Shown here one piece after another: positions 33,798-43,831 of a stretch of DNA of 64,000 nt (position 1 is the first letter of the stretch; each line of letters opens with the position of its first letter). Location of the stretch: NCBI GenBank assembly GCA_964406575.1, contig CAYOSH010000004.1, forward strand, positions 68,189 through 132,188, written 5' to 3'. The stretch is from an uncultured Eubacteriales bacterium (GTDB lineage: Bacteria > Acidobacteriota > Aminicenantia > Aminicenantales > Aminicenantaceae). Under the pieces are notes generated by a model, which searched no databases, was not told where the DNA came from, and saw only the letters and a program-made list of their open reading frames with translations. The position numbers and the translations under genes are program-made.

Positions 33798-34790
33798 CTA
33801 TGCCGGCACGCCATCCGAATAACCCGGCTGCAACCAAGCCAGATTTTTCCCCGAAAAGAAAGGTGATAAGACCTTGCCCAGACGTGCCATCTCCTGCTGA
33901 GACATCGGTTTAAAATATTTCACCAATTCGATGTTTTTTTTCAGTACATCGAGACTATCCGTACCGATGGCAGCAGCATTCACATGGGGCAGGCTTAACG
34001 CATAGCGAATCAATTCACCAGGCTTGACTCCTTCTATTGTTTCTTGAGGACGGATGACCTTCATAGCCAGGATACCCATCCCTTTTTGAGCAGCTGTCGG
34101 GATCGCCTGTTTCTCGAAATCCCCTATCCGTTCCTCATAATGATTCAGTGCAATAAGCATCGTGTCAAAATCGTACCGTTCCGCCATCGCTGCCATCGAT
34201 TCCGCAGAGAGGTGGCCGGAATAGCCGACGAAACGGGTTACTTTTTCTGCCTTCATCTTGTGGAGCGCTTTAAGCACACCGTCCTCGGAACCGATCTTCT
34301 CCACATCGTCAAGCTGTTGAACATTATGGATCTGAAGAAGATCGAGGCGATCGGTTTGTAACCGATTCAGGCTTTCTTCGATATCTTTCATGGCTTCATC
34401 GTAGGTCCTTCTCTGGACTTTTGTTGCGAGAAAGATCTCATCCCGCCGGTCTCTCACGACAAGCCCGTATCGCTCCTCGCTGACAACACCCTCGAACTCA
34501 TAATCATGAGCCGTATCCAAGTAATATAACCCATGATCCAGGGCAAAATTCAAGATCTCGATGCTCATTTCGGGTTCCTTGATCGTACAAAATCGACTTC
34601 CTCCTCCAATTACAATGAGCGGAACAGCCACACCTGTTTTCCCCAGAATCCGCGTCGGCAAGCCCTTTGAATCGTATTTCTCTTTCTCCTCCCTGGCAAA
34701 AAGCTTACGATAAGAAAAAGCGCCCAGAGCTGCGGTTGAGGCCATGCATTTTTTGAGAAAATCTCTGCGATTTATGGATCTCTTACCCAT
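33798..34790 (-). CDS. Aldo/keto reductase with twin-arginine (TAT) signal peptide
   Basis: MGKRSINRRDFLKKCMASTAALGAFS then the AKR fold (LDTAHDYEFE...). Start set at MGKRS. The ORF is open further upstream. Confidence 0.8.
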   Translation of the reverse strand: MGKRSINRRDFLKKCMASTAALGAFSYRKLFAREEKEKYDSKGLPTRILGKTGVAVPLIVIGGGSRFCTIKEPEMSIEILNFALDHGLYYLDTAHDYEFEGVVSEERYGLVVRDRRDEIFLATKVQRRTYDEAMKDIEESLNRLQTDRLDLLQIHNVQQLDDVEKIGSEDGVLKALHKMKAEKVTRFVGYSGHLSAESMAAMAERYDFDTMLIALNHYEERIGDFEKQAIPTAAQKGMGILAMKVIRPQETIEGVKPGELIRYALSLPHVNAAAIGTDSLDVLKKNIELVKYFKPMSQQEMARLGKVLSPFFSGKNLAWLQPGYSDGVPA

Positions 34791-34815
34791 TTTCCCCTCC
34801 TTCACTTTGAATAGC

Positions 34816-37512
34816 CTATGGAATTTTTTTTCCCCAGAGTCTGATATTGTCAAAACATCCTGTATCGTCAAAAGAACCGATACCCACAAGTCCATGGGTA
34901 AATGTCCTGTCCACTGCGGTCATGATGGGTGTAGTCAGGTCATCCATGTAGACGAGAACTTTTCCGGTTTTCCCTTCATAGGTGACGATGAAATCGTGGA
35001 ATTTGTCATCGATAAGCCGCGGGATGGTTTTTCCCGCCGGTTCGTTGTTGATCTTGACCCGATCCTTTCCATTCACCAGCCCGATAATATTGTGCTTATC
35101 ATCGCTGCTTGCGGAAAAATGAACATAATTGAAATGAGTAGGGTCTTGAAAATGAAAAACAACAACCATATCCCGATGCGGATTTTTTGAATCAGCTTTG
35201 CACTTCACCTGGCCCGTCAAAACAAAGCTTTCGACATCAAAGCCTTTCAAAACGGCCCATGATGTGGGGGCAACGATGGAACCCATTTCTCCAGGTGCTA
35301 AAAGATGAAAAGCCAGAGAACCTTCTTCATCGGACACTCTCCAGTTCTGAGGAAGATTCGGCCTCCATGCTCTTGCGTCACCGCTCTCAAAATCATCAAG
35401 GAACAGAAACGGGAGATTCGTTCCCGGCTGTTTTTTTTCATTCATGATCCTGGCCGTCTCAACCATCTTGCGGATAGCCGGGACAATCATGATCTTCAGT
35501 TCGCTTTCAGGTTTTTTCGGACGTTCCAACAAAGGACGGACGTGCTCATACCACTCCGCGGGTGGTTCCTGGCCCTGTTCAAGGTATTTCAAAGCCCATA
35601 GCCCTGCCTCGGCCAACATTTTCACGTCCTCTGAGAGGGGCAAAATCTCTCTCAAAAGAAATGAAGCCTCGAGAATGGGAAACAATCGGACATGGTTATC
35701 TCGCCATTCTTTGAGCAAGGTTTCTATAAGATATCGATTTTTATCATAGCGGGGAGCACTCTGCAGCATCTCATCAACCAACTGCCTGAATTCCCGAGCC
35801 TTAAGACTTTCCGGTCTGGCGGCATCCACCAGACGATTCAGGGGTGTCATCTGGGTGTATTCTTTTGTGTCGGGACGTGCATAATATTTGACAGGTTCGA
35901 CGATGTCAGTGAGCACCTTGAGTGATTCAATGGGAAACTCACCCGCAAGCCGCTGAAGCATTTTTGAATAGTTCATATGGTGGGTTAAACCCAGCCAATC
36001 CAGCTTGGTATCCAGAATCTGCAAACGCCGGTACATGTCATCCGCATCCCTCACGCTGGTTTGAGACCAAAGCCTTTCGGCTATCGCAGCCACTCTCGGC
36101 CAAATCCGAGAATCAACGGTTTCGGGATTGACAAATTCCGCCCACATGCAGGCTTCTCCCCCGAGAATGAAAGCCCGTTCATCAGAGCTTAAGGCCGTTG
36201 CATCTCCCCCCAATGGATCTACGCTATAGTGGTCTTCTGCGGAGAGTTGATGGTCCAGATAATAACCATTGGATAGGATCCCCATGTGCCCCTTTTTGGC
36301 GATTTCGGCCAGAGCCTCGGGCCCGCGCCAGCTCTGCACCACGACATCGGCGGGGAGTTCCGGATGGAAGATCTCATCCCATCCCACCATTTTTTTTCCA
36401 TGTTTTTTCACGATAATCTGGATTCGTTTATTGAAGTAAGCTTGCAGGTCATCATTATCCTTAATTCCATACTTTTTTTTGAAGAAACTGATATCCGGAC
36501 TGGCGCTCCAATGTTTACCGTTGACCTCATCTCCGCCGATATGGAAGTATTCATCAGAGAAGAGCCCGGACATCTCACCGATAAAAACATCCAGGAATTC
36601 ATAGAGTTCTTCCTTTGTTGGATCCATGCAGGGATCGAAAACACCCCATTGCCGTTCGATCTCATATAGACCGGGAGCGCTGGCCAGCTCCGGGTATCCC
36701 ACTAGCCAGGATGTGGTGTGGCCGGGCATATCGAATTCAGGAATCACACGGATTCCCCGGTCTCGCGCATACTGCACGATTTCACGAATTTGCTCATGGG
36801 TGTAGTAGTTCCCGTCAGAACCCATCTCATGGAGCTTGGGAAAGCTTTTGCACTCGACTCTGAAACCCTGGTCCTCCGATAAATGCCAGTGAAGAACATT
36901 GAGCTTCACAGCCGCCATTCCATCCAGATTGCGCTTGATCACATCGACCGGCATCCAGTGCCGACAGACATCGATCAGGAGTCCCCTCCATGGGAATCGT
37001 GGCTCATCCTCAATGCGAACAACTGGCACATAAAAGCATTCTGTGCCCAATTGAATGAGCTGCAAGAAAGTCTCTATTCCGTGAAGGGCCCCTAATGGCG
37101 TGGGTGCCTTCAGCAGAGCCCGGGCGGACGTCACTTCTAGAGTGTAGGCCTCGACCTCCTTTACCGACTGATTCTTTTCTCCCGGACCTGTGCACTGAAT
37201 CTCCAAAACGGCCTTGGAGGCATCCTTTTCCAATCCCAAGATGAGCGGTATTCCCGTCTGTATCGCCAATCGTTCGATAAGCCTGTACGCGGCTCTCTCC
37301 AGCCTTGGCTCTGTGTAGCCTGTCAACGCCACACGAAATCCGAAGTCAATGCCCAACCACCCCTGTCCGAGAGAAATCTTTTTCGGAACAGGCATGAGAT
37401 CAAGAGCCTGATTTTGAAATGCAGGATTGATTGCGTTCGATCCCAACGAAAGAAAGGCCAATAAAACAGCCATCACGATAAATCTAAACATCGAATGTCT
37501 CAAAGCTACCAT
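34816..37512 (-). CDS. Beta-N-acetylhexosaminidase, GH20, with about 300-aa C-terminal accessory domain. Secreted.
   Basis: Signal peptide. Catalytic motif EYFHIGGDEVNGKHW (the GH20 H-x-GGDE motif). N-terminal GH20b-like domain. Confidence 0.9.
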   Translation of the reverse strand: MVALRHSMFRFIVMAVLLAFLSLGSNAINPAFQNQALDLMPVPKKISLGQGWLGIDFGFRVALTGYTEPRLERAAYRLIERLAIQTGIPLILGLEKDASKAVLEIQCTGPGEKNQSVKEVEAYTLEVTSARALLKAPTPLGALHGIETFLQLIQLGTECFYVPVVRIEDEPRFPWRGLLIDVCRHWMPVDVIKRNLDGMAAVKLNVLHWHLSEDQGFRVECKSFPKLHEMGSDGNYYTHEQIREIVQYARDRGIRVIPEFDMPGHTTSWLVGYPELASAPGLYEIERQWGVFDPCMDPTKEELYEFLDVFIGEMSGLFSDEYFHIGGDEVNGKHWSASPDISFFKKKYGIKDNDDLQAYFNKRIQIIVKKHGKKMVGWDEIFHPELPADVVVQSWRGPEALAEIAKKGHMGILSNGYYLDHQLSAEDHYSVDPLGGDATALSSDERAFILGGEACMWAEFVNPETVDSRIWPRVAAIAERLWSQTSVRDADDMYRRLQILDTKLDWLGLTHHMNYSKMLQRLAGEFPIESLKVLTDIVEPVKYYARPDTKEYTQMTPLNRLVDAARPESLKAREFRQLVDEMLQSAPRYDKNRYLIETLLKEWRDNHVRLFPILEASFLLREILPLSEDVKMLAEAGLWALKYLEQGQEPPAEWYEHVRPLLERPKKPESELKIMIVPAIRKMVETARIMNEKKQPGTNLPFLFLDDFESGDARAWRPNLPQNWRVSDEEGSLAFHLLAPGEMGSIVAPTSWAVLKGFDVESFVLTGQVKCKADSKNPHRDMVVVFHFQDPTHFNYVHFSASSDDKHNIIGLVNGKDRVKINNEPAGKTIPRLIDDKFHDFIVTYEGKTGKVLVYMDDLTTPIMTAVDRTFTHGLVGIGSFDDTGCFDNIRLWGKKIP

Positions 37513-37752
37513 CTAGACTCCTCTTCACCAAGATTCGAACAATATGAAAAATAAAGGATTTTCCATTTTTTCCAAAGCTATCGCCGGGAGAGAGAAAAGT
37601 CAAGACCAGGAGAATGATCAGGCCTTTCATTTGAAGACATCCAAAGCAGTTGGATACTTTTTCTATTCCACATTCCTGTTCAGATCAAAATCTTTTAATT
37701 TACTTTGGGTGGTCGGCCTTGTGAGTCCGCACAAACACAGCTTATTGAAAGA

Positions 37753-37842
37753 TTACATTTTTTTCGCAAAGTGGCGGTAGAGCAATAAGGTTAAAACGAA
37801 TGAAAGAAGGAACACAGCCAGAGGGATGAAGATGCCGACCAT
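37753..37842 (-). CDS. Very small hydrophobic peptide (29 aa), translationally coupled
   Basis: MVGIFIPLAVFLLSFVLTLLLYRHFAKKM. GGAGG lies 7 nt upstream. The start overlaps the stop of the preceding 38-aa peptide. Confidence 0.3.
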   Translation of the reverse strand: MVGIFIPLAVFLLSFVLTLLLYRHFAKKM

Positions 37843-37844
37843 CG

Positions 37845-37961
37845 TCAATCCTCCTTATCCTTGTGCTTTTTCTTGTAGGAAAAATAGGCCAGAAGAAGCC
37901 CCAGAAAAGAAAACAAATAGGCAATAGACATCCCGATGACGACAGCAAATCCTTGATTCAT
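37845..37961 (-). CDS. Very small hydrophobic peptide (38 aa), translationally coupled
   Basis: MNQGFAVVIGMSIAYLFSFLGLLLAYFSYKKKHKDKED. GGGAGGAATAAG precedes the ATG. It starts 1 nt after the TAA of the 96-aa membrane protein. Confidence 0.35.
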   Translation of the reverse strand: MNQGFAVVIGMSIAYLFSFLGLLLAYFSYKKKHKDKED

Positions 37962-37962
37962 C

Positions 37963-38253
37963 TTATTCCTCCCACCTGGCAATTTTTTCCAGATCTTCGA
38001 GATACTGTTTTTGTTTGGATTCGTAGTCCTCTGAGATCGCTTTCAGCTTGGGATCAATGATCTTGATCATGACAATCAGTAAAACCGCACTCATACCGAG
38101 AATGACAAAACCATACCATTTAAGAAGCAAAGAAAAGGTCACTCCGATCGCCAATAAAAAATAGATCAAAGGAGAGATGATAAAGGTGACATGATCTTCC
38201 TTTGTCCAGCGATCCGCCTGTTCGGCTGTCCAATGTGTTTTTATTCCTCGCAT
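37963..38253 (-). CDS. Small 2-TM membrane protein, probable symporter-associated subunit
   Basis: 96 aa with two hydrophobic helices. Its start overlaps the stop of the upstream SSS transporter. Confidence 0.5.
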   Translation of the reverse strand: MRGIKTHWTAEQADRWTKEDHVTFIISPLIYFLLAIGVTFSLLLKWYGFVILGMSAVLLIVMIKIIDPKLKAISEDYESKQKQYLEDLEKIARWEE

Positions 38254-38254
38254 T

Positions 38255-39853
38255 TTAGTTCTCTCCTTCTACGGCCGCGTCTTCCGGTTTCAACAGTCCT
38301 CTCCTCACGGCCTCTTCCCTCACTGGTTTCCACCAACCCAGCGGCCGAGACATGACATAGTATTTGACGAGGCGGTCCATATCTTCGGGTTTAGTCAGGA
38401 ATGTGATGGGGATGTAAATCAGCGCACCCAAAACCATCATACTCCAAAACTGAAGATAATCCGGGAGGACCGGAATGACTTTAAACTCCGGGAGAATCCA
38501 GACGACCAACCAGCTGAATCCGAGGTTGGCGATCCAGGAAGAAAGGTATCCCCAGGCATTAAATCGCCACCAGACCACTTGCAAGATATTAGGAAGCCAA
38601 ATCCCTGCAGCCATGATCCAGAGGGCAAAAATGAGCCACTGGGTGATCTCCTGCATCATCAGGCCATAGAGAAAAGAGCCCAGAAGGAGGATTAGAGTGG
38701 AAATTCTTCCCACCCAAACCAGTTCTTTTTCGCTAGCTTTTGGATTGAAGTAATGATGATAGAGATCCCGGGTAGCGTAAGAGGCTCCCAGATTGAGATG
38801 GGTAGAGATGGTCGAAAGATGGATGGCTACGATGGCAGCGAAGAAAAATCCCACAAGTCCAACAGGTAAAAACTCAAAGCCTAACCGGTACCAAGCCATC
38901 TCGGATTCGGCTGTAGATGGGATGTGGGGATACAAGGAAAAAAAAGCAAGGATCGCAACGGCCCAGAGCGAATTCCGGATTACGATCAAGGCAGAGCCCG
39001 ACCAGATGCTGTAGCTGGCATCGCGGACGGTTTTGGCAGATTGAATGCGCTGGGCTTCAGGATACCAGTCGATAGCCGTTCCCATGCCGAAGCCGCCGAT
39101 CACCGCGATGACCAGCATGGTCAAGAACCAGACTAGGGGGAAATCCCCGGATGTAACTCCCGAGAATGCAAAGGGATTCAGCCGCCAGCTCTCTCCCAAC
39201 GCATCGAGTTTGGCGATGATGGTGTTGGGCCCACCGGCGGCAACGATCCCCCAAATAGATACGATAACAATGACCGAGAGAGCGATGACGCCCTGCTGAA
39301 AATCGGCCATGACGACACCCCAGTAGCCGGCAGCCAGGACGTAAATGGCACACACAGAGGAAAAGAGGATGAGGCCGATCCATTCGGGCCACCCGAAGAG
39401 TAATCTGCAGAGTTTGCCCATGGCTATCCCAACCCAACCTAGGACGAACATGTTCATAAAAACCTGCCAGCCTGCGATCCAGCCACGCAGAAGCTCGGCC
39501 CCTAGGCCTGAAAAACGGAGAGTTTGCCATTCGGCCTGGGTATAAGCTAGAGAACGTCGAAAGATGCGGGTTGAGGCAAAAGCGGAGATGGCGCACCAGG
39601 CCGAGAAAAAAGTATACCAGATGCCGCGCAGTCCATATTTATAGATGACTCCACTGACCCAAATCGGAGTATCTGTGGCCGTATGGGTGGCATATACAGA
39701 AGCGGCAGGAAGCCACCAGGGCAGGCCCCGTCCGGCCAGGAAAAAATCCGCCATAGATCTCTTTCCAAGCCTGTAGAAGAGCACCCCACAGAACAGCATG
39801 AGAATAATGAAAGCAAACAGCCAAAACCAGTCTAAGAAGGCGAAATTGACCAT
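38255..39853 (-). CDS. Sodium:solute symporter family (SSS) transporter
   Basis: FFLAGRGLPWW is typical of the SSS N-terminus. About 13 TM segments. Confidence 0.85.
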   Translation of the reverse strand: MVNFAFLDWFWLFAFIILMLFCGVLFYRLGKRSMADFFLAGRGLPWWLPAASVYATHTATDTPIWVSGVIYKYGLRGIWYTFFSAWCAISAFASTRIFRRSLAYTQAEWQTLRFSGLGAELLRGWIAGWQVFMNMFVLGWVGIAMGKLCRLLFGWPEWIGLILFSSVCAIYVLAAGYWGVVMADFQQGVIALSVIVIVSIWGIVAAGGPNTIIAKLDALGESWRLNPFAFSGVTSGDFPLVWFLTMLVIAVIGGFGMGTAIDWYPEAQRIQSAKTVRDASYSIWSGSALIVIRNSLWAVAILAFFSLYPHIPSTAESEMAWYRLGFEFLPVGLVGFFFAAIVAIHLSTISTHLNLGASYATRDLYHHYFNPKASEKELVWVGRISTLILLLGSFLYGLMMQEITQWLIFALWIMAAGIWLPNILQVVWWRFNAWGYLSSWIANLGFSWLVVWILPEFKVIPVLPDYLQFWSMMVLGALIYIPITFLTKPEDMDRLVKYYVMSRPLGWWKPVREEAVRRGLLKPEDAAVEGEN

Positions 39854-39866
39854 GTAGACTTCCCTT

Positions 39867-41096
39867 CTAAATCACTGGTTTTCCATAAACGTATGTCTGC
39901 TTGATCTGTAATTCTTTATCATACACAGTCAAGTTAGCATATTTCCCTTTTTCAATGCTTCCCATAACTTTATCCAAACCGAGTACACGGGCAGGATTGA
40001 GAGATGCCATCAACACGGCCTCACTAAGAGAAAGATCCGTCCAATCGAGAACATTTTTTACGGCTTTGTTCAGAGTCAACACACTTCCCGCCAAAGAACC
40101 GCCGTCCTTAAGACGTGTTTCATCACCCTTAACCGTAATGTTGAGTTTGCCCAGGATATAGTCCCCATCTCCCAAGCCAGCCGCAAGTATCGAATCTGTT
40201 ATCAGGCAAACGTTTTCCAGGCCTTTCCGATCGAGAACAAGCCTCACAAAAGCAGGATGAACGTGAATGCCATCACAGATGAGCTCGACACTGACCTTCT
40301 CCGATTCGAGGACTGCCCCTACAACACCGGGTTCCCGATGACGGAATTCAGGTATCGCATTGAAAAAATGAGTCGCATGCGATATTCCAGCCTTGATGCC
40401 TTCGAGAGCTTGTTCGTAGGTCGCACCCGAATGCCCGATGGAAACAACAATCCCATTCTCCCTGAGTGTTTGGATAAAGTGCATATTGTCTTTGACTTCG
40501 GGAGCTATTGTAACGATCACCTTGAGTCCTCGGGTAGCTTCGATCAGAAGTTGTATCTCTTCTTCTGTGATTTCCTTGATATAATCAGCATTCTGCGCTC
40601 CGCACTGCTCCACATTGAGAAAGGGGCCTTCGACATGGACGCCTAGAGGCTTGGACACAAGGGGAAATCCAGGAGACTTTTTGACTGTCTCAACAACTTT
40701 GAGAATCGATGCGAACGGGGCCGAAAGCGTTGTCGCAAGAAAAGCAGTGACTCCTGTCCGGGCCAAGTGGCCGCCGATGATGTTGAAGCTCTCCATATCC
40801 GCGTCCATGAAATCCCTCCCCAGAGCCCCATGGACATGAAGATCGATAAAACCCGGTGAGATGTAGTGATTGCTGTGATCCAGAAAATAGCTCCTGCCGT
40901 CCCAGGTGCGCTCACTCTGCTCATAGATATCTGTAATCCTCTCGCCCTCGATCTCGATGACTGCTTTGGCGAGAACCCTATCTGGAAGGATGACATCTCC
41001 CTTGAGGATCGTTTTCTGAGCCGTTGGATTTTCGCCCTTCATTTGATTCCTCTTTTTATTATTTCTAAATATATCCATCAACTCCTCATTTTTCAA
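39867..41096 (-). CDS. nagA: N-acetylglucosamine-6-phosphate deacetylase
   Basis: PGFIDLHVHGALGRDFMD (HxH metal site), plus the amidohydrolase beta-sandwich and TIM barrel. About 400 aa. Confidence 0.9.
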   Translation of the reverse strand: MKNEELMDIFRNNKKRNQMKGENPTAQKTILKGDVILPDRVLAKAVIEIEGERITDIYEQSERTWDGRSYFLDHSNHYISPGFIDLHVHGALGRDFMDADMESFNIIGGHLARTGVTAFLATTLSAPFASILKVVETVKKSPGFPLVSKPLGVHVEGPFLNVEQCGAQNADYIKEITEEEIQLLIEATRGLKVIVTIAPEVKDNMHFIQTLRENGIVVSIGHSGATYEQALEGIKAGISHATHFFNAIPEFRHREPGVVGAVLESEKVSVELICDGIHVHPAFVRLVLDRKGLENVCLITDSILAAGLGDGDYILGKLNITVKGDETRLKDGGSLAGSVLTLNKAVKNVLDWTDLSLSEAVLMASLNPARVLGLDKVMGSIEKGKYANLTVYDKELQIKQTYVYGKPVI

Positions 41097-41140
41097 TGTA
41101 AAAATGGAGATTGTTTCATTTTATGCAAAAACCGTGTCCT

Positions 41141-41205
41141 GATCGGTCTGTTCGGGGAACGGACCCTACACATAAAACTTATTTAGGGAATAGTCCCTAC
41201 ACAGA
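41141..41205 (+). repeat. Intergenic hairpin repeat, type 2 (copy F)
   Basis: GGTCTGTTC-GGG-GAACGGACC hairpin (9 bp with one G-U), followed by CCTACACA and a second GTCCCTACACAG. Confidence 0.7.
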
Positions 41206-41298
41206 AAATGAGGTCTGACATTTCATTTCCTTTCCGTTAGACGGCGTCACACCCATAAAGTATAATACAGGTGATCCCAGGCGTATCACGGAGGAAAG

Positions 41299-42711
41299 AT
41301 GGCATCACCTCGAAAGTGGCTTTTATGTGTGTGTATAATCTTTTCTATCATCATTATCCTGCCCTTATCGGATTCATTTTCTTTCACAGGGTATGCTCAA
41401 TCAGAAAATCTACGGTATCTTGAAACCGCCAAACAGATTTTCCGCAAAGGGATGAGCGAACAGCATGCTTTCGAATACCTCAAAACGATCACAAGTGTGG
41501 GCCCCCGGCTTACAGGGTCATCCCAGGCTGAAGCAGCCGTGGAGCTCACGCGAAAGCTTATGGAAGAAATGGGATTAGACAATGTTCACCTGGAAGCCAC
41601 AGAAGTTCCGCATTGGGTGCGCGGGGAGGCTGAAGAAGGATGGATCACCTCATCCGGATCTGGAACGATCTCTGTGCCCGTTGCCGCCATTGGAGGGAGT
41701 ATCGCAACTTTCTCTGAAGGAATATCCTCGCAAGTTGTCGAGGTTAAGTCTTTCATCGAGCTCAATAAACTCGGTGATCGGGCAAAAGGAAAGATCATCT
41801 TCTATAACAAGCCCATGGATCCGAAGCTCCTCAACACATTTCAAGCTTATGCCGGAGCTGTCGCATACAGAGTTCGAGGGGCTACAGAAGCGGCCAAGCA
41901 TGGTGCTGTCGGTGCACTCGTGCGGTCTCTAACGCTCCGGTCCGACGACTATCCTCATACTGGTCTCATGCAGTATGACCCCGGCGTCAAAAAAATTCCT
42001 GCGGCTTGCATCAGCACCAGAGGGGCAGACCTCCTGTCTGATCTTCTCAAAAAGGATCCTGAACTAACATTCGGCATGAAACTCTCGTGCGCAGACCTCG
42101 ACCCGGAGATCTCCCACAACGTCGTTGGCGAGATCGAGGGTAGTGAAAAACCAGAAGAGATCATCCTCATGGGAGGACATCTGGACAGCTGGGATTTGAG
42201 TCCCGGAGCTCACGACGACGGCGCCGGATGTGCGCATTCTCTGGAGGCGATACGTCTGATCAAAGAATCGGGCCTCAAGCCGAAGAGGACGATCAGGGCA
42301 GTGATGTTCATGAATGAGGAATTTGGCGGCTCCGGTGGCCGGGATTATGTTGCCTCGGAGAAAAGACAAAGAGAAATCCATCTGGCCGCCATCGAATCCG
42401 ACCGAGGGGGTTTTCTACCTCTTGGATTCGCAGTTGGCGATGCCCAGACAGCTGAAAAATTCAAGAAATGGGAACACTTTTTCCAGTCCATCGGCATGTT
42501 CTGGATCCGTCCGGGTGGTGGAGGCGTGGATATCGCCCCACTCGGTCAACAGGGAACTCTCTTGATCGGGCTTGTGCCTGATTCCCAGCGCTATTTTGAC
42601 GTCCATCACTCGGGGAAGGACGTCATCGACACAGTGAATCCCAGAGAGCTGGAGCTAGGCGCGATCGCCATGGCTGTGCTCGCTTATATCCTCGCTGAAG
42701 AGGGCGTCTAA
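41299..42711 (+). CDS. M28-family Zn aminopeptidase with PA domain, secreted
   Basis: Signal peptide after a GGAGG RBS. GGHLDSWDLSPGAHDDGAGCAHSLEAIRL and NEEFGGSGGR are M28 metal and catalytic motifs. Confidence 0.85.
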   Translation: MASPRKWLLCVCIIFSIIIILPLSDSFSFTGYAQSENLRYLETAKQIFRKGMSEQHAFEYLKTITSVGPRLTGSSQAEAAVELTRKLMEEMGLDNVHLEATEVPHWVRGEAEEGWITSSGSGTISVPVAAIGGSIATFSEGISSQVVEVKSFIELNKLGDRAKGKIIFYNKPMDPKLLNTFQAYAGAVAYRVRGATEAAKHGAVGALVRSLTLRSDDYPHTGLMQYDPGVKKIPAACISTRGADLLSDLLKKDPELTFGMKLSCADLDPEISHNVVGEIEGSEKPEEIILMGGHLDSWDLSPGAHDDGAGCAHSLEAIRLIKESGLKPKRTIRAVMFMNEEFGGSGGRDYVASEKRQREIHLAAIESDRGGFLPLGFAVGDAQTAEKFKKWEHFFQSIGMFWIRPGGGGVDIAPLGQQGTLLIGLVPDSQRYFDVHHSGKDVIDTVNPRELELGAIAMAVLAYILAEEGV

Positions 42712-42723
42712 CAGAAAAAAGGC

Positions 42724-42770
42724 CAGTCCCCCAATAGGTCGATGTAGGATCAGTTCCCCGAACTGACTGA
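42724..42770 (-). repeat. Intergenic hairpin repeat, type 2 (copy G, reverse orientation)
   Basis: Reverse complement TCAGTCAGTTCGGGGAACTGATCCTACATCGACCTATTGGGGGAC. About 90% identical to copy E. Lies directly adjacent to type-1 copy B. Confidence 0.7.
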
Positions 42771-42800
42771 AAGAGTAAGAATCGTTCCCCTGTTGTCTGA

Positions 42801-42855
42801 TTTCACAATCACCAATTGAGACACACAGACACTATTCATCACAGATTTAAGGATG
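42801..42855 (+). repeat. Intergenic repeat, type 1 (copy B)
   Basis: TTTCACAATCACCAATTGAGACACACAGACACTATTCATCACAGATTTAAGGATG, aligned by eye to copy A. Confidence 0.7.
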
Positions 42856-42910
42856 TTTCCGAGAAAATATCTGGCCTTAAGCTTCAGGCGATAAACTCTG
42901 AGCGAGTGCT

Positions 42911-43648
42911 TTATCTCCGTTGCATGTCCTCAAAAGTGAACTTGTCCTGCTTTGTGTAACCCTCGGGGACTGAGTATGTGCCCGCTGGAGCAGCTTTTTC
43001 GGCGATCTCCACGACCTCTTGCACGGTCTTCATATCGGCGCCCATCATGTTCATGCTCATCTCAGACCGCATCTGCCATCCTTTAATCTGCTTGAAGGCA
43101 TTTAGAGCCTCTTCGCCTAAGGGCATGGTCGGCGAGAACATCTGGATCATCTTGTCTTGAAACTTCTTCCAGTCGAAGGGCACGTCTTCCGTCGCCCACA
43201 CTTTCATCTTCATTTCCATCGTCATCATCATCATGATGGTCATGGTCACATCGTACTTTTCACATTCTTTCCCCGCAATGGTCTCTTTCTCACCCATTGG
43301 CTGCACGGCCACGCTGATGTTCATGTTGGCCATCATCTCCGACGCCTGTTCGGGAAGATATTTTGAAATATCCAGGGGCAAGTCCATTTCGATATAGGTT
43401 TTTTTCTGACTGTTCATCCAGAAGACCTTATTCTTCTCCAAGTCGATGATAAAAGACTGATCCTCGCTCAGGCTTGCCATCTTATTATCAGCCAGCCACA
43501 TATGATTTATGACATCTTTAGCAGGTTGAGACTGCCCCATCACTTGGAACGCATCCGTGTGTGTTTTCTGCTGGATGTAGACATCCGCATGCACAAATAC
43601 AGTCGAGAAGAGAAAAAAAACGATCAAAACCGATGCATATTTTTTCAT
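42911..43648 (-). CDS. Secreted Met-rich hypothetical protein
   Basis: Signal peptide MKKYASVLIVFFLFSTVFVHA. Internal Met clusters MTIMMMMTMEMKMK and SEMSMNMMGADMK. No catalytic motif. Confidence 0.55.
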   Translation of the reverse strand: MKKYASVLIVFFLFSTVFVHADVYIQQKTHTDAFQVMGQSQPAKDVINHMWLADNKMASLSEDQSFIIDLEKNKVFWMNSQKKTYIEMDLPLDISKYLPEQASEMMANMNISVAVQPMGEKETIAGKECEKYDVTMTIMMMMTMEMKMKVWATEDVPFDWKKFQDKMIQMFSPTMPLGEEALNAFKQIKGWQMRSEMSMNMMGADMKTVQEVVEIAEKAAPAGTYSVPEGYTKQDKFTFEDMQRR

Positions 43649-43831
43649 TAGGCCTCCTTTTCTTGTCGGGACACATCCAAAAATCGAACCAAATTCATCC
43701 GACTTTTTTGACCTGAATTCCGTTTGTATCATAGGCAGAGGGGGAAGTCAATCATAACCGATTGACTTCGATACCGTATTGTGCAATATTGATATATTCT
43801 ATAGATTTTCAGAGAATACGAGGAGGTTCCG

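Noticed and set aside
38437-39824. Multiple 60-180-aa ORFs in other frames within the second SSS transporter gene
   Set aside because: They are embedded in a 532-aa transporter gene with a continuous TM pattern and carry no independent signals.
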